Assembly (NCBI GenBank): GCA_010405405.1
Contig: MU004242.1
Span: 283,751 to 347,750 of the forward strand
Origin: Microthyrium microscopicum
Lineage: Eukaryota
Direction of reading: 5' to 3'
DNA: 64,000 bases
Under the pieces are notes generated by a model, which worked only from the letters and a program-made list of their open reading frames with translations, did not search any database and was not told the DNA's origin. Both the position numbers and the translations under genes were made by a program. Shown piece by piece: positions 23,682 through 36,862 of the stretch (the stretch's first letter is position 1; each line of letters begins with the position of its first letter).

Positions 23682-24196
23682 TATGACGCGGGTAGGTGTA
23701 GATGTTTGGTGAGAGAGGTTTGCGCACTGATGCGCTTTTATGATGAAAAGACCTCAGTGAATGTGGTTTGCAGAATGATTATGCAGTAACAGTCAAGAGT
23801 GGTAAAGGGAAGTTGTAGGAATGCTGGTAGGTCATACGCTAGGCATGTGTATGTGTACCAGGAACAAGAGCTGTAGCTTATGGTGACAGAGCTAGAAGCA
23901 GTTGAAGAAGATGGAGAAAGCAAGGTAACATTGAAAAATGGAAGCAATTTGTGCAAATTGGGAAAGATCGGCAGGGAAAGCGCAGGTCTATAAAATGGGT
24001 GAAATAAGGCAGGCAATGCCGTAAATGGGCAGTGAAGTCAAAGCAAAGTACCAAGAATACGGAACCTGAATCCAAGCTCACAGGCTGTAAGCACCAGCAG
24101 CAACACCAATTAGCAATTCCAACCACCGTCCGCTTGCCAACGGGGTACAGGGCAGCGCAGGACCTCTGAACCCTACCGCCAATTTCTTTGTAGAGT

Positions 24197-24205
24197 GACA
24201 CAAAA
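24197..24205 (+). promoter_or_regulatory. Candidate Ndt80-family (MSE-like) site upstream of the GH20 gene
   Basis: GACACAAAA matches the consensus gNCRCAAAW, about 520 bp upstream of the nagA start codon. Confidence 0.3.
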
Positions 24206-24359
24206 GTCTAGAAATCTGGGGAGAACAGGCGGTGTTTGGTCAAAAGCTCTCAGCTCCCAAGCAACGAGCAACAGAAGATGGAGAGAGGTTGAATGGTCAA
24301 TGGACGGAGGATGGCTGCAGGAGCTGTGGAGGGTCCTGCAGTGGCGTTGTTTGTTTCTC

Positions 24360-24419
24360 AACCTCTCAGGAACATCACAGGAACATCACAGGAACCTCTC
24401 AGGAACCTCTCAGGAACCT
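24360..24419. repeat. 11-bp minisatellite, about 5.5 copies
   Basis: Units AACCTCTCAGG and AACATCACAGG in the order A-B-B-A-A. Confidence 0.9.
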
Positions 24420-25171
24420 TGCTAAGAGACCATTTGGGCAGTGTTTGTGGACAGTGTGCTCTGGCCATGCGGCTGAGAGAAACCAACCAGGCCGAATTAG
24501 ATTGAGCCCGGCCGAACAGCCCCCAACAGTGCCAATTGGATGACCGACAGTCGACATGCAACATTAAATCTTGGACAAAAGCTATTTTGATGGTACCCAT
24601 TTCAATTGAGATTGGGATTGCATGATGTTGATATTTGTAGAGTATTATTGAGTGGTGCCTGATCCCGACTGTTGTGGTGTTACCTAGTACTCCACTCGTC
24701 CACCAAAACGATCAATGCAACCAACAACGGGGAAGAAGTCACCTCAACCGGCCCCTCTCTTCCCCGCCAACCATGTATGTACTCTTACATACAAACACCT
24801 AATTGTGCATGGATCAGATGCACAACTTCTCTCCGCCTTCATCTATAGACCCTTGGTCAAGACATTCAACCAAGACATGGCCTCTTCTCCCTTGAAACAA
24901 CCAGACTGCCCATGCTTCTAGAATCAAAGCCAACAAGAACGACCAAATCAGGTCTCCGGCGAATTTACCAAGTCACGATATCAATGTTATAGGCACATCG
25001 TGGCGGCTGATCTCAAAATGGCTGCCAGGTTTAGCGTTGGCGCGCTTGCACCGCGCATCTCAACTTCAACGCAGATCCTCTCCCAACCAGCCACCGCCAG
25101 ACCCTTTTCATGATCACTGCTCTCAGGCCGCAGCAACTCCCTTCGTTCGCCAAAACAATGATGGGCATGAA

Positions 25172-27280
25172 ATGGCGTCAAAGTTCCAGCATGTCTCACT
25201 CTCTCCTGGCAGAAAGGCCCGCATCGTCTACCTGCAGCCATCAACCGAATTTGATTCTCCAATCCACTGCCATCTAAAAGAGTTCTCCCTAGATCGGCCT
25301 CAAGCAACAGCTCCTTATGAGGCCTTGTCGTATGTTTGGGGAAATACTGCAGAAACCCACAAAATACAGTGTGATGGCCAACCACTCTTTGTTACATACA
25401 ATTGCTCGGTGGCATTGCGATATCTACGACACATGACTCGTGAACGAGCATTATGGGTGGATTGTATATGCATTAATCAATTTTCAAATACAGAAAAGAG
25501 CAATCAGGTAAAAGTCATGGGCGAGATCTATCAAAATGCTCAAAGAGTTCTTGTTTGGTTGGGAGAGGGTAATGAGGAGATTACAAAGCTCATTCGAAAG
25601 CTTCGATTCAAGGGCTCTTTCTTATCCAGCTTCTATCGTGGAAAAGTACCATCATCCTTTGGCTTGAGACCGTTTAGTAAAGGTATGTAATTATCTACCT
25701 TTACTTGAGTCTGGGATCAAGTGCGATGGGCAAGATAGTCTTTCATGTTCAGGTAAAAGATGGTTGAGGTTCAACATGGTAAGTCGGATTGCCTATCGTA
25801 CTTGATCATCGTATTTCTGCCATAATATCCTGAAGTCATTTTGTCTTTGCATTCTTCCCCTTTATAGACATACACAACCTGATGTTGTACTAACGGATTG
25901 ATAGACATGAAATCGCCAGCTCAACAAGCATTTGTTAGTGTCCTGGAACACGACTGGTTTAAGCGGGCATGGACTCTCCAAGAATCAAGTGTTGCTACTC
26001 ATATCATCATCCTCTACGGAACAATCGGCCTCGAGTGGAACCAATTTGTCTTTTGTGTCCATTACTGGTCTTCCTCTTTCAGTCGCCATGTTTGGCGACC
26101 AATGTCTGCAATACGATCCCGGGAAATGTACCAGGCGCGTCTACATGGCAAAGAGAAGTCAAGTCCAAATTCTCGGCCACCAACACGGGGTCAATTGAAC
26201 CTTCGAAACGGCCCAGACTTTGGCGTTGATCCTTCTAAAACTGCTAGCATCAATGGCGTTGCTCTGCTCCAACTTTCAATATTTCGTGCGGCGACAGATC
26301 CACGCGACAAAATATATGCTTTACATCATATGCTCACATCCGTGGGCGTCAAAATGCAAGATCCAGACTATGATCTAGCGCCTCAATCAGTATACGAGCA
26401 GGTTACTGTTGCCCTTATTGAGAGCTCACAATCATTATGGATCCTTGAAAATGTATTCAGCCCACAAAGAATGCCCGGCCTTCCCTCATGGGTACCAGAT
26501 TTCAGTCAAGAAACCGCGCCTCACGAACTACTAAACGACTACCAACATTTCTTCGACGGCTACAGTCCAAGCGTCGCATCACAGAGCCGACTAATCCTAG
26601 ACGGAAAAATCATCCACCTAATAAAGACAGTCGCTGAGCGAATCCCTACCCCCCAAACCCGGAGCAACCTCAACATCAATCTCAGTCTCGAAGGCGGAGC
26701 CCGCTGTATCGCACGCTGGGCCGCTCTAGCCCTCAACCCGCGCAGCGACGGCACAATAGAGCAAAGCATGCGAAATCTCTGTCTAAACCTCCTCCACCCC
26801 AACTTCGAAGACAACACCAACTCCACCCAACGTCGCCAAATCCTAGAAGATGGCTTTGACGGTTTCCTAGATACTATACGAAGATGCTACGACAGCAAGC
26901 CGAAACCACCATTCAAACGATCAATTCTCAAAAACAGCACCACATCCATTATCCAAGGCCAAGCACCAGACCACCTCTTCAGCGCTATCTGGAAAGAATC
27001 TATGCCGCCTGCGTCGAAGGCACTTGTTGATGCTATGATCACGGGCGGTCTTGGACAGAGATTGTTTTGTACTTCTAATGAGACGTTTGGGCTGTGTCAG
27101 ACGGATATTAAACCGGATGATCTGGTTGTGCTGTTTCCTGGGACGACGGCACCGATGATTTTGAGGTGTGTGGGGGAGAACTTTCGGCTTGTTGGACGGG
27201 CGTCGATTTTTGGGATTGAGAAGAGTGCTTGGCCGCATCGACATGCGGAGAGGGGAATGGAGACTTTTACTCTCGTCTGA
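25172..27280 (+). CDS. HET-domain (heterokaryon incompatibility, HET-6-like) protein
   Basis: YEALSYVWG, LWVDCICINQ, EKSNQVKVMGEIYQNAQRVLVWLG, WFKRAWTLQE, ATDPRDKIYAL, LPSWVPDF, DDLVVLFPG..PMILR. Intron 25683-25904. Confidence 0.93.
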
Positions 27281-28736
27281 AATCGATGGAATACAGATCG
27301 TGGAATCCAAACTTTTGCTCTGGTTTGATGGTGATGGATCAGATGCTGCAAAATTCTTATCGGATGGGTGTCTCCTATCTTATGCATGTCGCTTTGAACG
27401 GTACTTGATATACTGCTGGCATAAAAAATATGCTGCCGGTTCTCGAACAAGTATCTTATATCTCGAAGTACATCGCTACTTCTTGCAGATGAGCTGTCTC
27501 ATTATTGGCGTTGAAAAACATGGATAATGTTCACACCAATCAACATTCCCAAATCCAGAAATCAGCATATCAAGAGTTCGCAGGCTTCTAGTGCAACAAA
27601 GACCATTTATGCACTTGGGAGATAATCCCAGCTCTTACGAAGCCTTCTACAGGCTACAAATCTGCAGTGATTATCAAGCGCTGCCCTTCCATACAGCCTT
27701 GTGGAAGATAATTCGACTGAATGAACAACTCACTCATGCACGAGACCTGCAGACGGAGGTTTCCTTCCTACAAGCATCCTTGCCAACTGCCGTGTCCTAA
27801 AGCCCATCTCAATGCTCCCATCCCAATCAAGCTTCTTTTGCCACGGAGGCATCTCACCAAGCTTGAGGATGAACACCATTTCCGCCCAAATCCTTGTTGG
27901 ATATTGAACGACGTGGCGGCCCCCAACGGTCTATCAACGCTTTTTTATTGAGATGCAATACACTTCTTACAACCAAAATTTTCTGCAATTGGTAGGTGGC
28001 ATGAATTGGCAAACGCTAAAATGTCGTTCGCGCCATTGAATCGTGCGAGGAGCGGGGGGTGGTGATATTGTGGTCTCACCTGCATTGGTTGGCGGCTATG
28101 TATGCCAACCATTGAACTGGCGTGGGTTGCATCTAGCAAGTAGAAAGGTTGATTTGAGCGGTTTTTATCTTGCTCATCACGTTTAACATTCGAAGGTTTT
28201 CTTTCCCCTTGGAATTATTCGAATATCATTCGAAACTTTTTCAAAAATCATCCTATCCCTCAGCCACGACTACGGATCCACAACACGAAGCTGATCTAGG
28301 TTATTCTCATTTGAACCTGTCTCTATACATCAAGATATCTCTACAATACACCGAAGAGAGCTGGACAAGCTCAAAGCTGAATCTGAGCTCTATTCCTTGG
28401 TCTTTCTGCCCCCGGCATACGATTAAGTTCCCATTGTCAACTATGACTTTAGAAGTCAACGTCGTACCAACACTGGGCTCCTTGTAATACAACTGCCTTC
28501 GAAACGACTGTATCACGAATACTGCATTATATGCATGTTAAAGTCTTATTCGCACAGAAAGGCCGTCGAATATTGATTAAATTTACATTCCTTCCGTAGT
28601 CCATTTCGAAATATGAACTACGCAGCTAAAAGACAACGGTGCTAGCCAGTGGATCCGGTTGAGATACCAGACATATTTGGCAATCGGCCGTTGGACTTAA
28701 CACGTTTTGATCTTCAAAAACGTGTTTGCCACCGCT

Positions 28737-30396
28737 ATGGAAGCGCACGAAAATGTGGCGAGTGCTGAAAAGGCAAGCTTCATCGATTCATTTAAACACT
28801 CCGTCTTACCCACTGCGATCGAACAGTATCGGACTTCGTCAAGAAGTTCATCAGTGGATATAACCTTGCAACTTCAACCCGATGAACAAGTAGTCGAAGC
28901 TGGCCTTCAGTCAGCAGACGCTATCAACAATTTAACAGATTTAGGCCATGTCAAGCAGTCAATACAGCAACAAAAGCCTGAAGATGCAGCAGATGATTCG
29001 GGATCAAAATCTGAAGAAGATTCTGTCAATGGCTCGGATTGTGAAGATGCCGATGAATCAGATGTTGAAGAGGAAGAAGAAGAAGAAGAGATTGAGACTG
29101 ACAACGAGGAAGATGAAGAGAGCGAAGATGATCGTGAAATGAGCAGTGATGAAGATGACAACTTCTCCGAACCTACCTCCACTTCATCACTTGGTCATCA
29201 CGAAAACAAGAAGTTCGATCCACCTTCAACGGCACCCTATACACATCCTGCGCTTCAACATCTTCGTGACCTCGCTAGTCCAGACCTACACAGTCCTCAA
29301 CCTCAACGACACTTCAAGCCGCCTGCAACTACTGCTGAAGAACATGAATCGGAACACATATATCATCCTACTGCGCCACATCAAGTGCCCGTACATCCCT
29401 TCGCAGGGCATCCACAATGGCATCATACGTTCCCTCAAATGTATCCTTCGCATCCCCTGATTCCTCCTCAGCATCTTCATCAGCATCTATACTGGAACCA
29501 TCAATATAGTTTAGCAGCAATTCCACTCAACTCCCGTCCCTTGGTAGCAAACGGTCATCCTATACCAGCACCAGAGGCGCCTGCGCCTTGCCGACCAGCG
29601 CGAACACAATGCCATGACGGCTCCAACTACAACCGGCTAGCTAAAGCTCTTTCGAATGGTGATGGCAACCCAACGCCGCTATATCGACGATTTTCCCAAC
29701 TAAACCATCGGGTGCTACTCCATCTGCAGGCAGAAATTACCGATCTTGAAGATGAGCTCCAGGTCATTGACGAGGAGATGAAACTTCTAACTTCACCGCA
29801 CTCAGCAACGTACCAAAAGATGGCTCCCAGTGTCCCATTTATAGACCTACGTTCCCGAGAGGAGTTGCGAGAGCTGGGAGACAAGCGAACGCAATGTCTA
29901 GGACGGATATTCGTAAAGCTGGGTCAATACAGTAAGTCATATCCTTGAGCACTGTAATGGCCTTCTCTAACATGAGGCAGATAAAGCGCTGACATCACAC
30001 GACTCGGATATTGGCACATATCCACCAGCAACAGCACATCAAGTCTCTGGATACAGACGATGGGCAAAGGTGAACGAGATCGGCGACTACAGATTCCTTG
30101 ATCATACAGAAGATCTCATTGCACTTTGCAACACTCCAGATCCCACCAGACACCATTCTTCTCTCGAAACTATGCCTGATTCACCTGGTGCACCAAAACG
30201 GGCTACTTCTACTTGCAAATGTGTTGATCAAAGCTTGATGCCTCAAAAATTCTTGAACGTTCTCGGCTCCTACACATTCGGTATCGTCTTCGCTATTCTT
30301 GTCGCGCCAGCCACTGGCCAACCATGGTGGGCAGTTGCGCTGTCATTGGGTTCAGCCTGGATTGTTGAACTTCTTCTTACTCGTTACGCAGCATGA
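28737..30396 (+). CDS. DUF6594-like protein with an acidic/His-Pro-rich N-terminus and C-terminal TM helices
   Basis: LYRRFSQLNHRVLLHLQAEITDLEDEL motif. Intron 29932-29980 gives QY|NKAL; later FLDHTEDLIAL and two hydrophobic helices. Confidence 0.75.
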
Positions 30397-31124
30397 TAGC
30401 AGCATTATAACCCAAATTCGCATGTTCTATCTTAAATCCTTGAATTGGGGGCAGGAATTTTGGGACTCCGTCTTTTCCATCACGCGTATATGCATATAAT
30501 TTGCTGTTCTCATTTGCATTTTTCTAATGATCTTCGGGAGCGAGCGAGGAGCAAGGGCTAAGGAGTATTTAAGCATTTTCAAATTCTCACTTCGTTCTAA
30601 TCAGAGGCTGGATTTGAGTCTTTCGGCAAGTTTCAATCAATCTTTCATTAATGCTATTACTACCAGAACATGTCTCAACAAGTTTACAATACACAAGTAA
30701 GTTTCAGAAAGACCAACTCCGAAATCTGGTGCATGATACTACTCTCTTCTTGAAAGCACTTGACAGACATTCTGATAACTGATCCGACAGTGATAAACTG
30801 GCAAGCAGCTATGGCGCCATTGTCCCATAAAACTGCAGTCTCTGGAAGATCAAGCGTCGTCAATTGGAGAAAACCGAATTTTCATTTCTCACCATTTTAT
30901 GTACTACTATAAATTCAAAAGGGTCCATTAATGCATGCCACCATGCCAATTCCTCACCATGAGATAGCCCTGAGGCATTATCGATACAGGTGTAGGTGTA
31001 GGTTGACCCCGAAGAACAAACTGAAATCCATTCCAAGAAATATCAAAACTGTGCTCCCTCGCTCAACGAGTTGGTATCAACACAACTTGCTTCAAATTGA
31101 CACTACTTGCAAAGCCACTCGAGT

Positions 31125-31505
31125 TTAGCCTGTTGGTGTTGTTTCCCTCGAGGTTGACCTCGACGACAAGAAATCGTCGCTTGCTTCAGAATTCGTCGAA
31201 GAGATGATGATAGACTCTGATCTAGATGTTCCTGGAGTTCCTGGTTCTACTAGCGAAGGAGGCAACGATCTCAGATCCACAGGGGTTCGCTTATCGTGAG
31301 CAGCTATCACGTTCTCAGCGTCCTGTGCCGTCATCTCCCGTCCGGGCTGGTTGCATTCGTCTGGATAGTGATGTCTGCACTCTGATGCTGCGGCTGCCCT
31401 GCTCCAGGCGTGCATTCGAGATCCCTGGTTCACCAGATGGAAAACATCACCGCTCCATCGCTTGTAAACTCTCTCAACGAAGAGATCATAAATGTTTGCT
31501 AGCAT
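31125..31505 (-). CDS. Small hypothetical protein
   Basis: 126-aa ATG ORF in a long intergenic interval, with a Ser/Thr-rich tail. No family recognised. Confidence 0.3.
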   Translation of the reverse strand: MLANIYDLFVERVYKRWSGDVFHLVNQGSRMHAWSRAAAASECRHHYPDECNQPGREMTAQDAENVIAAHDKRTPVDLRSLPPSLVEPGTPGTSRSESIIISSTNSEASDDFLSSRSTSRETTPTG

Positions 31506-34500
31506 GTCTGTGTTTGGCGTGTTTGATCCGACTGGATGGTAAACTCTTCTTAGGAAGACTTTGTGTTATATGAAGAGTGTCAACAGTTGTCTTGCATAAT
31601 GTCAGTCCATATCTCCATAAGTCATAATCAGTCAATTGATGGGAGCCTTTGTACTTGGTAGGTGAAGGAAGCTTCACTAACTTTTGGTCTAAAACCTGTT
31701 AGACGAAATGATAGTTGATAGTTTTGTTGATGCCAGATCTGATCGTTGCTGTGGAAGTTTGTGTTTTTCTGATTTCAGAATAACTAGAAGTCTATGACAA
31801 TATTTTATAGCCTCTAAATGGTCAAGCGATGGCATCGTAAACGAGAAGTGGTCCATAATGCTGGTTTGATATCCAACAACGCTCAGGCTTCTAGTTTGTA
31901 TATGTCGCTTTCACGATCTTGATATACGAACAGGGTGTGGGTATGATTCTTGATCGCTTATGGCAAACGAGCACTTGAAGGCCAGGATAAATGTGCATAT
32001 GTACGATGTGTGGCCCACACCTTGTTGGTAGAAGTTTGTTGGATTTCAAAATGGCGCTCACGTATTCGATGATGAGCGCGGTATCCTGTCCTTCGAAACA
32101 GCTTCACGCGGGTTACATGATCAAGTCGAGGAGCAAATCAGCGGCTCGATGAAGGCAGGCTATATTGCGTGATAGAGGAAACGCTTCAGCTACGGCCAAA
32201 GACCATCATTCTCGGAGTATAATGGTTTTATTTGAAGCCTGGTAGGAGAATGTGATGCTATCTTCTCGAGAGCTTTCACTATACATGCTCGGTATGATAC
32301 TCGTAACTTAACATAGCTGCACAATCAGGGAAGGTACTAGGAGAAGATGATTGAGGCCTATATTAACTCGACTCCAACCACTGCATCTGTGCAGGCACTG
32401 ACTGCGATATTTGCAAGCACTTTGAAAGAACGTAGCGATGAAGCTCGGCTCTAATGCTCTGTTTGCGATAATTGCGTAGGAAACTTACATGCCATGTCAG
32501 CAATACGAACAATGTCGTTCTGCGACTACGATAATAGCAACCCAAAGGATATCAGGAATGTGCCGGATCACCAACACTTAGTTTGTTCTATCTTGTGTTT
32601 GTATTCATTCGTCAGTGACCGCACTACTAGTAAGGTCCGTACTGAATTCATATTTGGTTCAAGGCTGATTGACCGCTAGTTGGATCTTTTAAAAGTTGAC
32701 TGTTGGAGCAACCTTCAATCTCAACCACATGCTTATCAAATCTCGCCCTACGCCAGAAAGTAAAAGCACTCCAAACACAATCATTGTAAAAGAAATGCGC
32801 AAAATAATGGGCAAATTTAGCAATTTTTTGGTGCTGAGGCTAAGCGTGGCAAAGGAGAGGAATAGGTCATGCTATCTCACGCTCTACCTGGAACAAGAAA
32901 GATTTTTATTATTAGCGAATGACTTTCAGCGCTTATTGGAAAATATGTTGATGTCTCTCAGGAATCCTTGGAAAAACTCTGCAAAAGTCCAGTCTCGAAA
33001 ATTTCCTCAGCAAATTTTGTACATGAATCCACGGAGCTTGAAATGATTCTATGGTGAGTTTTTGAGAAGGATGCGCTGTAAGCAGCAATGGATACGTTAT
33101 TATGTATCCGACCGCAAATGTTCAAACGAGCGAAAACTTGAAAATATTACACTAATTCAAACGTCAATTTCCATGTACTTGAGTAGTCTTATAAGCTTAT
33201 GAGTTTGCACACTCATCGCACTATCGATTTCTTATGGTAAGTGTGAACTGGTAATTTGATAGTTTTAGCTTTGTCTTTTCGAAGGATCGAGAGATGTAGT
33301 TTCCCCGTTGAAGTTCCATACGAAACAAATCACGATGTGCTTAATGTACAATCTCAGTATGCAGCCTCGAGATTCGAATGTTCTAAGATGAGAGAAATGC
33401 TGATTTGATGCCGACTCGTTCCTACCACAGAATTCTCCGATATCTCCTGCATTAGTGCTGGCATCGGGTCCCAGGGGTTGGTGCCATGCTTTGCCTCGTG
33501 TCCTACCTTCTAGTCGGTACCGTAACTAAAACTCCATCAACTGCGAGATAGATATTCGAGAGATTCTTGTAGGCTTCCATCGAAATGAGCCTTTTATACT
33601 TTCATTCAAGAACAAAATAAGTTGGAGATGATCATGATGTAGTCTTGCAGTTTCCCAGCTTTCAATTGTTTGGTCTTCACGAGCTGCAAACAAATATACC
33701 GCCACATACGGAGCAGGCGCAATCCGTTTGAAAGGCAAACACCAATTGGCCAAAGATCTCCAATTCAAAACTGTGGATGCTGAGGGTCGAAATAAGAATG
33801 GGCGTCAACCAGTGGCGTGTCGCCCAGTCAGCCCGTTTCTTGGGTCAGCCATTCAGACGGCCGCTTCTGACAGGTCGGCCTTGTCGCCAATGCGCCACCC
33901 CTTGACCTCCCTCTCCAGGGGCTCACAGGAACCAGAGTCTCAGAATCTACAATCAGAAACACTTTCGCCCAGTAATCTCCAGTCCATCATATTCTACGTC
34001 CGTTGAAATAGTCATGGCTTGTGGTTTACAAGCGGAGAACCGCTCCAATGTTGAGCTTCGTTTGCTCGACCGTCTCCGCCAGTCTTCAACACTGGTATCC
34101 AAAAGAGCCTCAACATCAACGGCGCTTCGCCACGAGCTCGACTTGACTCTTGAGTTACGATTTCGATTTACAGAATTCGGATGCAACACGGCGCCACTTA
34201 CGGCAACTAAAATAGGCCAGCCAACGCGGCAAGGTGCTCCTGTCGTTGCACCCGAATGTAAAACGGGGTAAGCCACTGATCGAAGAAGCCATCCACACTT
34301 CTAGCCCAGCCTTGTTGTCTTCCTCTCATTTCCATCCTTTAACCCCTCTCTATTGCAACATGTCATTGTAGTATCTAAATCACTGTTTCTTTCATTTGTT
34401 GCTTGTTGAAAGTTGATCTTACCGCAACTTGTTCACTCCCTTCTCTTTTTCACGATTGAGTTTGATACTCTCATTTTAAACCTCATTGATATCTACATTC

Positions 34501-34626
34501 GTCATCAGGTTGATCCTGACAATATACTCAGTTCTTAAAGCGACCTCCTCCGCAGCCTCTCATAGGAAAAAATTTGGTATCGATTGTTCAAACAGGATTC
34601 GGCAATCCGTTCATCAGTTTTCGACA

Positions 34627-36687
34627 ATGAAAGCATTATGCTCGACATCAACGATACTACTAGCATGCGCTATCCTTCCAAGCGCTGTCCTCGGCGGGGA
34701 CGTTCTTCAGAGCAATGGATTTAGCATGTGTAGTGCCGACGCCGATATCACAGTACAGAAACTCAATATACAGTACGACAAGGGGTCAAATCAAGTGGTT
34801 TTTGATGTCGCAGGAACAAGCACAAAACAGCAAGAAGTCACGGCTACATTGACAGTTACAGCATATGGACAACAGGTGTATACAAATACATTTGATCCAT
34901 GTTCAAATTCGACGAGAGTGGCTCAATTATGTCCTAGTCAGTGTTATCCTATGTTACAATACCATAGCTAACACATCACAGTTCCATCCGGTTCATACTC
35001 TGCCAATGGATCGCAAGCCATTCCCGAGAAATACGCAAACCTTATTCCCGCGATCGCATTTACCGTACCTGATCTCGACGGCATGGCCAAACTCACTTTC
35101 ACTGCCAAAGACACTGGAGAACAAGTCGCATGTATTCAGTCAGCTGTGGGAAATGGAAAGACATTTTCTGTACCTGCAGTTCCACTCGTAGCTGCAGGAG
35201 TGGCAGGAACTGCATTACTAGTATCAGGACTCTCAGCACTAGGAGCAGGAGGCCAGCCAGGTGTTTCCAGTCCTAGTCCTTCGTTTGCTGATGTGATCGG
35301 ATGGTTTCAATCTATGGCTATGAACGGAATGCTGTCCGTTACATATCCTCAAGTATATCGGAGCTTCTCAAGGAATTTTGGCTTTGCTGGACTGTTGATT
35401 CCATGGGACACAATGCAATCAGGCATCGATGCTTTTCGACAAAAGACTGGAGGCAACCTTACTGACGATTCTGTCGACTTTTTGAAGAATGCGACTTTTG
35501 TATACCAAGGCGCGAATGGTACCATAACAAAACGGTCACTCTTCACTTCTAGGCTGGTAGCTCGAGCATCGACTGATAGTGCCGGATCGAACCATGTCGT
35601 CTCCGGCATCCAGGCATATGTCGAACCTTTTATCATTCCCAAGTCAAACACATTCATGACCGTTCTTATGATATTCGGCATCATCATTCTTGCCATCGTC
35701 ATTGGAATCCTCCTTTTCAAGCTCGTCCTCGAGTTAGTTGCGCTAATGGGAAAGCTCTCCAAACCACTGGATGGCTTCAGAAAGCGATATTGGTGGATTA
35801 TGGCCAAAACCATTACCAACTTGATATTGCTTCTATATGGTGTCTGGACACTCTATTGCGTCTATCAATTCACCCAAGGCGACTCCTGGGCAGCAAAAGT
35901 ACTTGCTGGTATCACACTCGCCATATTCACCGGAGTACTTGTTTGGTTCTCATGGAAGATTTGGTCACTAGCCAGAATGTATCGCAAAGCCGACGGTGAC
36001 GCGTCCGCACTTTTTGAAAACAAGGAAACATGGCGTAAATATAGCATCTTCTATGAGCACTACAAAAAAAGCTACTGGTGGGTATTCATTCCCGTCATCA
36101 TCTACACATTTGCCCGCGGAGTCATCATCGCAGCTGGAGATGGCCATGGACTTTTCCAAACTGGCGGTCAACTTATCCTCGAAGCCATAATGCTTCTCAT
36201 GCTCATCTTCTTCCGCCCATATGCCCACAAATCGAGTAACTGGATCAGCATCACCATCCAAGTCGTCAAACTACTCTCCGTCCTATGCATTCTAGTCTTC
36301 GTCGACCAAATCGGAATGAGTGACGCACCAAAAGCCATCACCGGCATAGTTCTAGTCGCCATGCAATCCGTCCTCACAGGCCTCCTCGCAATCCTCATCA
36401 TTGTCAATGGCTTAATCCACCTATGCCGCACCAATCCCCACCGCAAAGCGCGCAAAGAAGCTGAAAAGCAGCGAGACACTCTCACACCTCTTGATCCACA
36501 CGCTTCGTTCCTTGATCCGGAACGATGGCAAAAGAGGACGACATTTGAATCATTGGACGGCAATAAGCCGTATGTTGTCGACACTAGTCGATATGATCAT
36601 ATTCGCAAGCCGTCAAGCACATCTATGCAGATGCCATTATTACCACATGTATCATTACCAAGCCAATATCGAACGAGTCGATATTAG
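34627..36687 (+). CDS. Flavin carrier / TRP-like calcium channel (FLC/Pkd2/spray family)
   Basis: Signal peptide and ML-like domain (FDPC..QLCP, IAFTVPDLDG, VACI). WFQSMAMNGMLSVTYPQVYRSFSRNFGF and multiple TMs. Intron 34937-34981. Confidence 0.92.
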
Positions 36688-36862
36688 GCAATACCCAGCA
36701 AGGCGTATGGAGGAATAGAAGGAATGTTACAAAATGTAAACTAGTAAATTCACGTACATATTCATGATCTCAATTATCATTCTTGCTCCTGCTCAGGTTT
36801 CGTGATCAATGGCTTATCTCCAGTCGTGCTCCCAAAGAAATCGCTATAATGCATTACATTAT

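Noticed and set aside
31700..34300. Several 60-116 aa ORFs in a long intergenic region
   Set aside because: No motifs, often non-ATG starts, and overlapping on both strands.
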